Below are positions 25,553 through 34,393 of a DNA stretch of 35,747 nt, in pieces. Position 1 is the first letter of the stretch; each line of letters begins with the position of its first letter. Origin of the DNA: a virus; IMG/VR virus record IMGVR_UViG_3300044580_000486. One strand, 5' to 3'. The notes under the pieces are model-generated. The model saw only the letters and a list, made by a program, of their open reading frames with translations, was not told where the DNA came from and made no database searches. The position numbers and the translations under genes were made by a program.

Positions 25553-28108
25553 ATGGTGGAACGATACACAGAAGACCAGTTGAGACAATCTGGTCTTCAG
25601 TATTTTAAAGGAGATATTCTCGCAACAAATGTATGGATTAAGAAATACGCACTCAAATCAAAAACAGAAAATTACTACTTAGAACTCTCGCCAGATGAAA
25701 CAATCAAAAGATTAGCAAAAGAAATTCACAGGATTGAACAAAAATATCCAAACCCCCTATCTTACGAAGAAATTTACGAATCATTTAAAAACTTTAAATC
25801 CTTTATTTTTGGAGGATCTATCCAATTTGGTTTAGGCAATGTAGACCAAATATCCTCTTTGGGTAATTGCTTCTTCATTGATAATGGCTCGGATTCTTAT
25901 GGTGGTATATTTAATACAGATGAATCCCTTGTTCAATTAATGAAACGAAGAGGCGGAGTTGGGATTACTCTTGAACATCTTCGTCCAGCTACAGCTACTG
26001 TAAATAATGCAGCCCAATCTTCAACAGGGGCTACTTCTTTTATGGATCGTTTTTCTAATTCCACAAGGGAGGTTGCTCAGGATGGAAGAAGGGGTGCTTT
26101 AATGATTACAATGCACATAAATCATCCAGACATCTTGGATTTTATTATGAAAAAAGATGATCTGACAAAAGTAACTGGCGCTAATGTATCTGTTAAGGTT
26201 ACCGATGAATTTATGAATGCTGTGGAAAAAGATGAAGATTATCTCTTAAGATGGCCTGTTGAATCTTCCCAACCTAGAATGCTTGAAAAATTTACTTATA
26301 ATAAGCTTCATCGGACAGAAGATGGTTCTTATGTTAGACGAGTAAAAGCCCGAGAAATTTGGAATACCATTGTTAAACAGGCTCATAAAAATGCTGAACC
26401 CGGAGTTCTTTTTTGGGATAATGTTATAAAAGAATCCCCAGCAGATATGTATTCTAATTTGGGATTTAAAACTCTGGGAACGAATCCATGTGGAGAAGTT
26501 CCCTTAAGTCCTTATGATTCATGTCGTTTGGGAAGTATAAATGTCTATACTCTTGTTGAAGAACCTTTTACAAAAGATGCTCGAATTGATTGGGCAGAAT
26601 TAGCTAAAAGAGCTAAATTCGCTCAGAGATTTATGGATGATATTGTAGAAGCTGAAGAGGAAAAGATTCTTCTTATCCTCAATAAAATTGATCAGGATAA
26701 GGAGCCAGAAGAGCTTAAAAGAACTGAAAGGGAAGTTTGGGAAAAGGTTCTAAAAGTATTAAGAAATGGAAGAAGGACTGGAGTAGGAATTCTTGGTCTT
26801 GGGGATATGTTTGCAGCTTTGGGAATGAGATTCGGAACTCCGGAAGCTACAGAATTAGCTGAAAAAATTCATAAAGTTATTGCTATCAATTCTTATAGGG
26901 AAAGCGTTAATCTTGCAAAAGAAAGAGGGTGTTTTCCTATATGGGATGCTGATAAAGAAGCTATAAATCCTTTTATTAGAAGAGTCATTAGCGAGAATTT
27001 TGATAATAAAGAATATGAGAAATATTTGCAATATGGTCGTAGAAATATCGCCAATTTGTCTATCGCTCCAACAGGATCATTAGCCATTTTGGCACAAACT
27101 ACTTCTGGCATAGAACCCGTATTCAAAATATTCTATCATAGAAGGAGAAAAGTTAATCCCGGAGAAGAAGGTGTTAAGGTTTCTCATGTGGATGAAAATG
27201 GCGATTCTTGGGAAGAATATAATGTAATCCATTATCCATTTATTGAGTGGTTTAGTGCTCAAACAGATGGAAAAATGACTTTTAATGGAGCCAAAGTATT
27301 TTTGGAAAGTCAGGGTGAAGAAGAATTAAATAATCTAGTTGCTCAATCTCCTTGGGCTAAATCAGAATCTCATGATATTGACTATCTTGAGAAGGTCAGA
27401 ATGCAGGGTCGAATCCAGAAATGGATCGACCACAGCATCTCTGTAACTCATAATCTTCCGGAAAAAATTTCTATAAAAGAAGTTAATGACATTTATTTTC
27501 AAGGTTGGAAAGCTGGATGTAAAGGATTAACTATTTATAGGGAGGGATCAAGATCCGGTGTTCTTATTTCTAAAAAAGAAAAGGATACTAATGAATTTAA
27601 GGAAACCCATGCACCAAAAAGACCTAGAGTTTTAGAAGCAGATTACTATGTAGCAACTGTCAAGGGAGCTAAATTTGCAGTTATTGTGGGTTTATGGCCT
27701 GGAACAAATCGTCCTTATGAGGTTTTTGCATTTGAAAACCCCCCTATGATGAAAAATACAAGGGGGAAAACAGTTAAAGTTAAGAAGGGGGAATATAAAT
27801 TTATAAATGGGGAATTTGAAATTCCTAACCTTCAATTAGCTTCTACAAGAATAGAAGAAAGAACTTTAACACTCTCTGCTTCAATGCTTTTAAGACATGG
27901 GGCTCCAATAAATCATGTAAATCATGTAATTTCTAAGATTGATAGCAATATAGCTTCTTTCTCAGCCGCTATTAGAAGGTATCTTTCCAGATATGTAGAG
28001 GAAGAGATAAATGGTGAAGGATGTCCAAATTGCGGAGATAAACTCATAATGCAAGATGGATGTGTTAAATGTGTCAATCCTGAATGCGGATATTCTCGTT
28101 GCGGATAA
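25553..28108 (+). CDS. nrdJ: Class II (adenosylcobalamin-dependent) ribonucleotide reductase
   Basis: SLGNCF, TNPCGEVPL, SIAPTGS, QKWIDHSIS; C-terminal Zn ribbon CPNC...CVKC...CGYSRCG; no beta-subunit gene nearby. Confidence 0.9.
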   Translation: MVERYTEDQLRQSGLQYFKGDILATNVWIKKYALKSKTENYYLELSPDETIKRLAKEIHRIEQKYPNPLSYEEIYESFKNFKSFIFGGSIQFGLGNVDQISSLGNCFFIDNGSDSYGGIFNTDESLVQLMKRRGGVGITLEHLRPATATVNNAAQSSTGATSFMDRFSNSTREVAQDGRRGALMITMHINHPDILDFIMKKDDLTKVTGANVSVKVTDEFMNAVEKDEDYLLRWPVESSQPRMLEKFTYNKLHRTEDGSYVRRVKAREIWNTIVKQAHKNAEPGVLFWDNVIKESPADMYSNLGFKTLGTNPCGEVPLSPYDSCRLGSINVYTLVEEPFTKDARIDWAELAKRAKFAQRFMDDIVEAEEEKILLILNKIDQDKEPEELKRTEREVWEKVLKVLRNGRRTGVGILGLGDMFAALGMRFGTPEATELAEKIHKVIAINSYRESVNLAKERGCFPIWDADKEAINPFIRRVISENFDNKEYEKYLQYGRRNIANLSIAPTGSLAILAQTTSGIEPVFKIFYHRRRKVNPGEEGVKVSHVDENGDSWEEYNVIHYPFIEWFSAQTDGKMTFNGAKVFLESQGEEELNNLVAQSPWAKSESHDIDYLEKVRMQGRIQKWIDHSISVTHNLPEKISIKEVNDIYFQGWKAGCKGLTIYREGSRSGVLISKKEKDTNEFKETHAPKRPRVLEADYYVATVKGAKFAVIVGLWPGTNRPYEVFAFENPPMMKNTRGKTVKVKKGEYKFINGEFEIPNLQLASTRIEERTLTLSASMLLRHGAPINHVNHVISKIDSNIASFSAAIRRYLSRYVEEEINGEGCPNCGDKLIMQDGCVKCVNPECGYSRCG

Positions 28109-28132
28109 TATCATAATAACCTCCTTTTTTTG

Positions 28133-28159
28133 AAACCCGGTTTAAAAGCCGGGTTTTTT
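28133..28159 (+). terminator. Intrinsic terminator
   Basis: AAACCCGGT-TTAAAA-GCCGGGTTT plus T-run. Confidence 0.8.
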
Positions 28160-28189
28160 ATGGAATATATAAAGAAAATACTTAATAGT

Positions 28190-28912
28190 ATGGAAAAGTT
28201 TGTATATGAAAATCTGGAAGAATTATTAAATGAAAGATTTGTTGATGATCCGGAGGTAGATGGATCTTATGAAGAAAATTTTCCTGATGCTGAAGAAGAG
28301 GAAGAAGTTGAAGAAACTGAATTTACTCCTGAGCAAAAAGAAGCAATTGAAGAATTTGTTATGACTTATGAAGGCGATTTTGAAGATGAAGATATACACG
28401 ATTTAGCAGATGACCTAGGTCTTGAACATGGGGAAGTTGAAGAGTATATCTATAATTTAGCCAGAGAAGGAGGACAAGAAGATGAGGATGAAACTCCGGA
28501 AGGAGAAAATTCTGAAAAAATAGGATTTCACACAAATATCGAAGAGGATACAGTGGAAAATACTGATTTCAGAAGAGTCCTTTATACAGGAGAGAATCTT
28601 CAACTAGTTTTAATGTCTCTTAAGCCAGGAGAAGAAATAGGTGAAGAGGTTCACGAAAAAATAGATCAGTTCTTCAGATTTGAAGCAGGAACAGGAAAAG
28701 CTATTGTAAATGGGGAGGAATATGATGTTGAAGATGGGGATTCTGTTATAATACCTGCAGGTTCCAACCATAATATTATCAACACTGGCGAAGAAGATTT
28801 GAAACTTTATACAATTTATGCTCCCCCTCATCACAAAGACGGAATTGTATTTTCAACAAAAGAGGAAGCAGAAGAGTCTAAAGAAGAATTTGACGGCGAA
28901 ACAACTGAATAA
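28190..28912 (+). CDS. Cupin-domain protein with acidic N-terminal extension
   Basis: GEEIGEEVH...DQFFRFEAGTG and IPAGSNHNIINTG cupin motifs. ATG at 28190 is preferred because 28130 lies at the terminator. Confidence 0.8.
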   Translation: MEKFVYENLEELLNERFVDDPEVDGSYEENFPDAEEEEEVEETEFTPEQKEAIEEFVMTYEGDFEDEDIHDLADDLGLEHGEVEEYIYNLAREGGQEDEDETPEGENSEKIGFHTNIEEDTVENTDFRRVLYTGENLQLVLMSLKPGEEIGEEVHEKIDQFFRFEAGTGKAIVNGEEYDVEDGDSVIIPAGSNHNIINTGEEDLKLYTIYAPPHHKDGIVFSTKEEAEESKEEFDGETTE

Positions 28913-28926
28913 AATTATTTAATAAA

Positions 28927-29256
28927 ATGGAAAGATTAGTTTGCGAATCTTTGGAAGAAGTTTTTGAAGAACTTATTGAAGAAGGTAAAAAAGATCCTAG
29001 AGCTCATGTTAGAAATAGGGGAGATGTTGTATTTCCAGCAGGAAGTAAAAACGTAAAAGATGATAAAGATCATTTTCCAATTAACAGTGCAGCTCAAGCA
29101 AGAAATGCTTTAGCAAGAGCAAATCAATATAGCTCTGCTCCTGAATGGTATTCGGGATCGCTCGACAGTCTTGTTAAAAGAGTAGCTAGCAAAGTTCATG
29201 CTAAATATCCTTCTATTAAAGTTTCTAAAGCAGCTAAAAGACCGGGAAAGAATTAA
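28927..29256 (+). CDS. Small basic protein with HFPINxxxQARNALARANQ motif (DUF6582-like, tentative)
   Basis: Leader MERLVCESLEE; motif recalled from uncharacterised phage proteins. Confidence 0.55.
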   Translation: MERLVCESLEEVFEELIEEGKKDPRAHVRNRGDVVFPAGSKNVKDDKDHFPINSAAQARNALARANQYSSAPEWYSGSLDSLVKRVASKVHAKYPSIKVSKAAKRPGKN

Positions 29257-30857
29257 TGCTCGTAAAGGAAAGAGTTAATTTCATTAGAGGTGGCGGAGAT
29301 GAAGAATCCGTTAAAACTAATCTATTTGGAATTAGAGTGGGCCAAATTGTAATCCCCTCGAAGCTTCCCCCATTTCCAAATTCAAGAAGTGGAGTTACTA
29401 TGCCAGCTTATTTAGTTGAATTTATTCATGATGGGGAGGAGGGAAAAAGATCCCTAAGACTTCTAGGTATTGGATATTTTTATAATTTAAATTTTCGAAA
29501 TCCCGGGGATACACCTTCCCAGTGGTTTAGTTTTTCTTCGGGATTTTCCACATCTTTAGGAAATGAAGAAGATTATAAACCAATTGATTCATCTTTAAAA
29601 GAAATGATACTCGATTCTTTAAAAAAAGAGCCGGAAAGAAGAACCTGGGAAGTCCATAAAATGAATTTTTATGATAGATCTAATGGAGCAAAAATATTAT
29701 TAAAAGAGGAACTTTTTCATCGATCTTCAACTAAATCCCAAATAAAAGATAAATTAATCGGGTTTCGTCCTGGCAGTATTATAACATCAGCAGAGCCTTG
29801 GCCTGAAAATAAACCTTATAAAGAGGTTTATATGTATATTAAAAAGGGAGAAAAATTTAATGACCAGGGAAATCCTATAATAGTTACTTATATCGGGGCT
29901 CTTTCTAAAAGGGATGGCAAATTAAGCCAATTTCTTGTAAGACATAAAAAAATGTTAGGGGAAACAGTTATATGGGAAGAAAATAAAAGATCTCTAACTC
30001 CTGAAGAATTACAAAAAGTACAAAAAACTTTTGCGGAAATTCCAAGTTACCCCCAAAAAATATATGATGAAACTGGAATAAAACCATCCTTAAACGAATC
30101 CATAAATTTTGAAAGAGGAATAAATCCTAAAGTTGCTATGGGATTAGGGGTATATTCTCCTGGCCGTCTTTTTAAATATGAAGATAGTCATGCTGTTAGA
30201 CCCGAGTTTCCCTCTGTTTTTGCATATATTGAAAGAGATAAAACATATAATTACTATTTTTATATAGGAAGATTTATTAATCCTAAAGAGTCATTAACTG
30301 GAACTAATTTTACATTTGGGGGAAGCCCTCAAAGTGATAATAGATATAATCTCCAAAAAATAAAGGATGATCACATGGTTCTTTTATCAGAAAAAGAAAA
30401 GAAAGAATTAAGAAAGGTCTTTTCTGATGAAAATAATCAGGACATTGTTGATTCCTTGCAAAGAAAAATGAAAGCAAAAATCCTTTTAGAGTCTTTATCA
30501 TTTCAAAGAGGAAAATCTGAAAGGGAGATAAAAGATTTATTAGGAGAATGGAAACCAGGAAAATTAGTAATAAACCCCCATACAAATATAATATATGTTT
30601 TTCTTGGAATGCGAGATGAAGAAAATGCAGAAATATTTTCTCTAGGACATTTAAGAAATATTGGGAATTTCCCAAAAACCTATCTCAAAAAATATAAGAA
30701 AGTAACAGATTCAGAGTGGACAAGAACTAATCTGAAACCTACAAGAAATTTAAGGACTTTAACTGATGAGGAATATCGTTTAGTAAAGCCTTCTTTATAT
30801 CAAGAATATATAAATAAAGTCAAAGAAAATTTTGGCATAGACATTATTATACCATGA
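29256..30857 (+). CDS. Four-module tagged protein or putative polyprotein; modules homologous to each other
   Basis: Tags at aa 1, 149, 279 and 410 (nt 29256, 29700, 30090, 30483), including LNESINFERGINPKVAMGLG. Confidence 0.8.
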   Translation: MLVKERVNFIRGGGDEESVKTNLFGIRVGQIVIPSKLPPFPNSRSGVTMPAYLVEFIHDGEEGKRSLRLLGIGYFYNLNFRNPGDTPSQWFSFSSGFSTSLGNEEDYKPIDSSLKEMILDSLKKEPERRTWEVHKMNFYDRSNGAKILLKEELFHRSSTKSQIKDKLIGFRPGSIITSAEPWPENKPYKEVYMYIKKGEKFNDQGNPIIVTYIGALSKRDGKLSQFLVRHKKMLGETVIWEENKRSLTPEELQKVQKTFAEIPSYPQKIYDETGIKPSLNESINFERGINPKVAMGLGVYSPGRLFKYEDSHAVRPEFPSVFAYIERDKTYNYYFYIGRFINPKESLTGTNFTFGGSPQSDNRYNLQKIKDDHMVLLSEKEKKELRKVFSDENNQDIVDSLQRKMKAKILLESLSFQRGKSEREIKDLLGEWKPGKLVINPHTNIIYVFLGMRDEENAEIFSLGHLRNIGNFPKTYLKKYKKVTDSEWTRTNLKPTRNLRTLTDEEYRLVKPSLYQEYINKVKENFGIDIIIP

Positions 30858-31732
30858 CAGAATTCATTATCAAAAGTATTTTATCTGAGGAACTTTTCGG
30901 ACAACGTTTATGTGAAAGTTTAGAGGATCAGCAAATTGTTGAATACTTTTATCGTGAACTTTTATTAGAAAAATTCTTATATGGGGAGCCAATAACAGTG
31001 CCAGAATTAAGGAAGCTTTTACGTCAAAAAATCGTTAATTTTGAATTTATAAAACTTGACGGGGAAGTTCGCCCGGCAGAGGGAACAACCATGATGAAGT
31101 ATATTCCAAAGAAAGACCATCCTAAAGGAATACGTCCATCTTCTCCAAAAGTAGCTACATTCTTTGATTTAGATAAAATGGCTTGGAGAAGTGTTTCCCA
31201 AAGAAGCAAAGAAATAGTTCTGAAGAAAGACGAAGAAAAAGGTCGTCCTGTTGTAGTTGTTCAGGATAAAGATAGGGAAGCTACAAAAGTTCCTAAAGAA
31301 AAACCAGTTGAAAAACCAAAAGTTGAACCAGTTGAAAAACCATACGAAGAACCGATTGATGAACTCAACGTTGGAGACATCAGGTTCTATCTCAATCGAT
31401 ATGGCAAAGAAATTCAAATTGAGATTATTAGGATTGGAGACGATGGATCTGTATATGCAAGAACTATGGCAGATAATGCTCTCTTTAGAGTCCCTGAAGC
31501 TAGACTTAAAAATATCGGGGAAAAAGTTCCTGCAGAAGAAGTTCAAAGAGGAAGAAAAAAGATTCTTACTACGGAACCTATTAAATCAGAAAAACCTGCT
31601 CCTCCCCCAGCTGCTGCCCCTAAGAAAAAGATAGAAAAACCTACAACTATCCTTCTTCCAAAAGAACAAGTTCCTTCGAAGGAACCCCCAGAAGAAATAC
31701 AGACTGAAGAACCCGGAGCTGAAGAACTCTAA
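30854..31732 (+). CDS. SH3-like beta-barrel (DUF2693/WYL_2-like) protein with Pro/Lys/Glu-rich C-terminus
   Basis: IVNFEFIKLDGEVRPAEGT...ATFFDLDKMAWRS. Confidence 0.65.
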   Translation: MTEFIIKSILSEELFGQRLCESLEDQQIVEYFYRELLLEKFLYGEPITVPELRKLLRQKIVNFEFIKLDGEVRPAEGTTMMKYIPKKDHPKGIRPSSPKVATFFDLDKMAWRSVSQRSKEIVLKKDEEKGRPVVVVQDKDREATKVPKEKPVEKPKVEPVEKPYEEPIDELNVGDIRFYLNRYGKEIQIEIIRIGDDGSVYARTMADNALFRVPEARLKNIGEKVPAEEVQRGRKKILTTEPIKSEKPAPPPAAAPKKKIEKPTTILLPKEQVPSKEPPEEIQTEEPGAEEL

Positions 31733-31740
31733 TTCTTTTG

Positions 31741-31769
31741 GACCCATAATAAAACTTTATGGGTCTTTT
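31741..31769 (+). terminator. Intrinsic terminator overlapping the next promoter
   Basis: GACCCATAA-TAAAACT-TTATGGGTC plus TTTT. Confidence 0.7.
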
Positions 31770-31797
31770 CATTTATAATACATGTAAAACTATAACA

Positions 31798-32877
31798 ATG
31801 GATAGAAAATGGGATCTTAGGGATATTGCGATTATCCCAACAATACAAAGCGACATTTCAAGCAGAAAAGAATGCTTGGTAAAAACTGATTTTAATGGAA
31901 AAGGGATGCTTCCTTTAATGGCATCTCCTATGGATACTGTAGTTTGCGAAAAGAACTACGAAACCTTTATTGATCATGGAATTATTCCTTGTTTGCCAAG
32001 AGGGTTTTCATCCAAACATCTAATTCATACATCTTCTTATTTTCAAGCTTTTGGTCTTCATGAGATTGAATTAGCTTTGGAAACTTATACAAAAAATCTT
32101 AAATATGCTGAATTGGATCAGATGTTAGATGAAACTCATGATGAATTTTATCATTATCCAAATGTCCTAATTGATATAGCAAATGGGCACATGGGTAAAT
32201 TGATCCAGATAATAAAGGATATTAAAAAATATTGGCCAAACATTCAATTAATGGTAGGTAATGTGGCTAATCCTCTTACGTATAAGAACCTTGCTATGGC
32301 AGGTGCTGATTATGTAAGAATATCTATAGGATCTGGAGCGGGATGCACGACGGCCGCGAACGTAGCTATTAATTATCCTATGGGCTCCTTAATTAGTGAA
32401 TGTCATAAAATAAAAATAGAAAGTCATCTCGAAACAAAAATTGTAGCTGACGGCGGAATGCAAGGATACGATGATATAATCAAAGCCCTCGGATTAGGAG
32501 CAGATTTCGTTATGATAGGTTCCTTATTTAATAAAGCTATGCAAAGTGCAGGGTTTAATTATTTATGGGGTAAAAAGATTAAATCCTATGAATTAGCTAA
32601 ATCCCTTTGGAAGTGGGGTTTCCCAGTAAAGAAAAAATATAGGGGAATGAGCACTAAAGCAGTTCAGAGAAGTTGGGGAAAATCCAAACTCGTAACTGCT
32701 GAAGGAATAACTAAATATCAAAAAATTGAATATAATCTTTCTCAATGGGTAGAAAATTTCGAAGACTATTTAAGATCTAATATGAGTTATTGCGGGTCAA
32801 GAACCCTTTCGGAATTTATAGGAGAAGCTGAATATGTTTTCATTACCGAATTGGCAAGAAAAAGATTTGAGAAATAA
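31798..32877 (+). CDS. guaC: GMP reductase / IMPDH-family oxidoreductase
   Basis: IDIANGH, ISIGSGAGCTT (catalytic Cys loop), ADGG, YRGMST, AEG; no CBS domains. ATG at 31798 is preferred over 31759, which lies inside the hairpin. Confidence 0.7.
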   Translation: MDRKWDLRDIAIIPTIQSDISSRKECLVKTDFNGKGMLPLMASPMDTVVCEKNYETFIDHGIIPCLPRGFSSKHLIHTSSYFQAFGLHEIELALETYTKNLKYAELDQMLDETHDEFYHYPNVLIDIANGHMGKLIQIIKDIKKYWPNIQLMVGNVANPLTYKNLAMAGADYVRISIGSGAGCTTAANVAINYPMGSLISECHKIKIESHLETKIVADGGMQGYDDIIKALGLGADFVMIGSLFNKAMQSAGFNYLWGKKIKSYELAKSLWKWGFPVKKKYRGMSTKAVQRSWGKSKLVTAEGITKYQKIEYNLSQWVENFEDYLRSNMSYCGSRTLSEFIGEAEYVFITELARKRFEK

Positions 32878-32884
32878 ATAAAAT

Positions 32885-33673
32885 ATGGCGATAATACTAT
32901 ATAGCAACGGTCTTACTGAGGAAATATTACCCCAGGGATTAACTTTTTCTGATGAAGAAATTTTGGGATTTTTTAAAACATTTAATAATATCCAAACAAA
33001 AAGATTGGACGAAGTTCCTAATACATGGTGCGTATGGGGTGAATTAAAAAATCCAGCTGAAGATGATTATAATAAATTAGCTTCAGAAGTTATTCAGGAA
33101 CATTGTTATTCTCAGATATTTTTTCTTCATGATACAGAAGTGGATCCATCTTGGAATTTAACGGATGCTGTAATCTATGATAATTATTTAATATTTAAGA
33201 AAAAAATTCTTAAATTTCTAGATGAAATAGCTATTGAAACTATTCGGGAGATCGAGCAAATAAGAGAAGAAACAGGAAAAACTAATATGTCTCTTGAACA
33301 AGTTGCTGTTTCAACGGACAAACGAGTTATATTTAAATTGGATCCTAATAAACAGGATTCTCATTTCTTTAAACCCGATAATTTCCAAGAATTTGCTATT
33401 AAATGTTATAATTTTATTGATAGCTCTTATAAGGATGGAATAATCTTTCCCATATATGCAGATAAAAAAATGATTATCGTTTTGGAGGAAAGTCAAGTAA
33501 AACAATACTTGGATCTTCTAATTGACTTCTTCCAGAAAAAAGAGGAATTCGAAAAATGCGCAAGACTTAGAGATATTTTTAAAAGCTGGGTAGCATTTAA
33601 CGAAAAGCAAAAAAATAAGCCAAAAAGGGGAAGACCGAAAAAGAAAAAAGAGGATGATACCCCAACTTCCTAA
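32885..33673 (+). CDS. Hypothetical protein with C-terminal UVR-like helix and AT-hook-like motif
   Basis: KKEEFEKCARLRD; KPKRGRPKK. Confidence 0.7.
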   Translation: MAIILYSNGLTEEILPQGLTFSDEEILGFFKTFNNIQTKRLDEVPNTWCVWGELKNPAEDDYNKLASEVIQEHCYSQIFFLHDTEVDPSWNLTDAVIYDNYLIFKKKILKFLDEIAIETIREIEQIREETGKTNMSLEQVAVSTDKRVIFKLDPNKQDSHFFKPDNFQEFAIKCYNFIDSSYKDGIIFPIYADKKMIIVLEESQVKQYLDLLIDFFQKKEEFEKCARLRDIFKSWVAFNEKQKNKPKRGRPKKKKEDDTPTS

Positions 33674-34379
33674 TATAATATTAAATAAGATTGATGGATC
33701 CTCATTTCGAGAAATTTCTCCAATTTTACCTGAATTAGCAGAATTCCCGTTATTTCTTTGTCTGGATTATGATGGAAAATTATATTGGAATAATCAGGTA
33801 AAAGAAAACTCTGTTGAAATTTATTCTAGCCATTTTAATCCTGAATTTTTTTATAAAGAAGGCCGAATAGGTTTAGGGAGGGAGCCTCTTTTTAATTATA
33901 AATTTGATATAGCTGTTTCAGAAAATACTTTATCTACGGCATTTCATATTGGAGATGGTCGATATGGATTTTCTATGGGCAACGGAACAAAAATTGGATT
34001 TCTTCCAGAGATAATTGGTATGGGAAGTTCAGAAGAGGATGCAGGGCTTTATTTTATAGGTCGTGCTGGAAATTCTATTCCCTCAGACATTCCCCTTATA
34101 ATAATAGATGGGAGAAATTCCGCTGATGAAGAACTTATAAATCGTCCTATATTGGGCATTACTAGTGCTAATTACAAAAAATATAAAGTCCTTATTGACC
34201 AAAAAGGCAATGTAGGAATAGGGAAAAAACCAGAAATATATAAGATGGAAGTGGATGGTGAAATTAGTGCTACAGACTTTATAATAAGAGGTATCAGTAT
34301 TATTGATATTATCCAGGAGTACCAAGATGAAATAAAGGAATTAAAAAATAAGATAGAAGCGCTTAGGCAACAGAAGTAA
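33654..34379 (+). CDS. Fibre-like protein with GxxGIG repeats and C-terminal coiled coil
   Basis: GRIGLG and KGNVGIGKKPEIYKMEVDG; IIQEYQDEIKELKNKIEAL. Confidence 0.55.
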   Translation: MIPQLPNIILNKIDGSSFREISPILPELAEFPLFLCLDYDGKLYWNNQVKENSVEIYSSHFNPEFFYKEGRIGLGREPLFNYKFDIAVSENTLSTAFHIGDGRYGFSMGNGTKIGFLPEIIGMGSSEEDAGLYFIGRAGNSIPSDIPLIIIDGRNSADEELINRPILGITSANYKKYKVLIDQKGNVGIGKKPEIYKMEVDGEISATDFIIRGISIIDIIQEYQDEIKELKNKIEALRQQK

Positions 34380-34393
34380 AATAAAAAGAATGG

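Noticed and set aside
25553-28108. Intein or homing endonuclease insertion in nrdJ (also checked uvsW and primase)
   Set aside because: Lengths and motif spacing look normal; no intein terminal motifs or LAGLIDADG/HNH signatures seen
696-31797. Track start sites 696, 2265, 28130 and 31759
   Set aside because: They fall in terminator hairpins, promoter elements or deep overlaps; downstream ATGs at 723, 2400, 28190 and 31798 fit better
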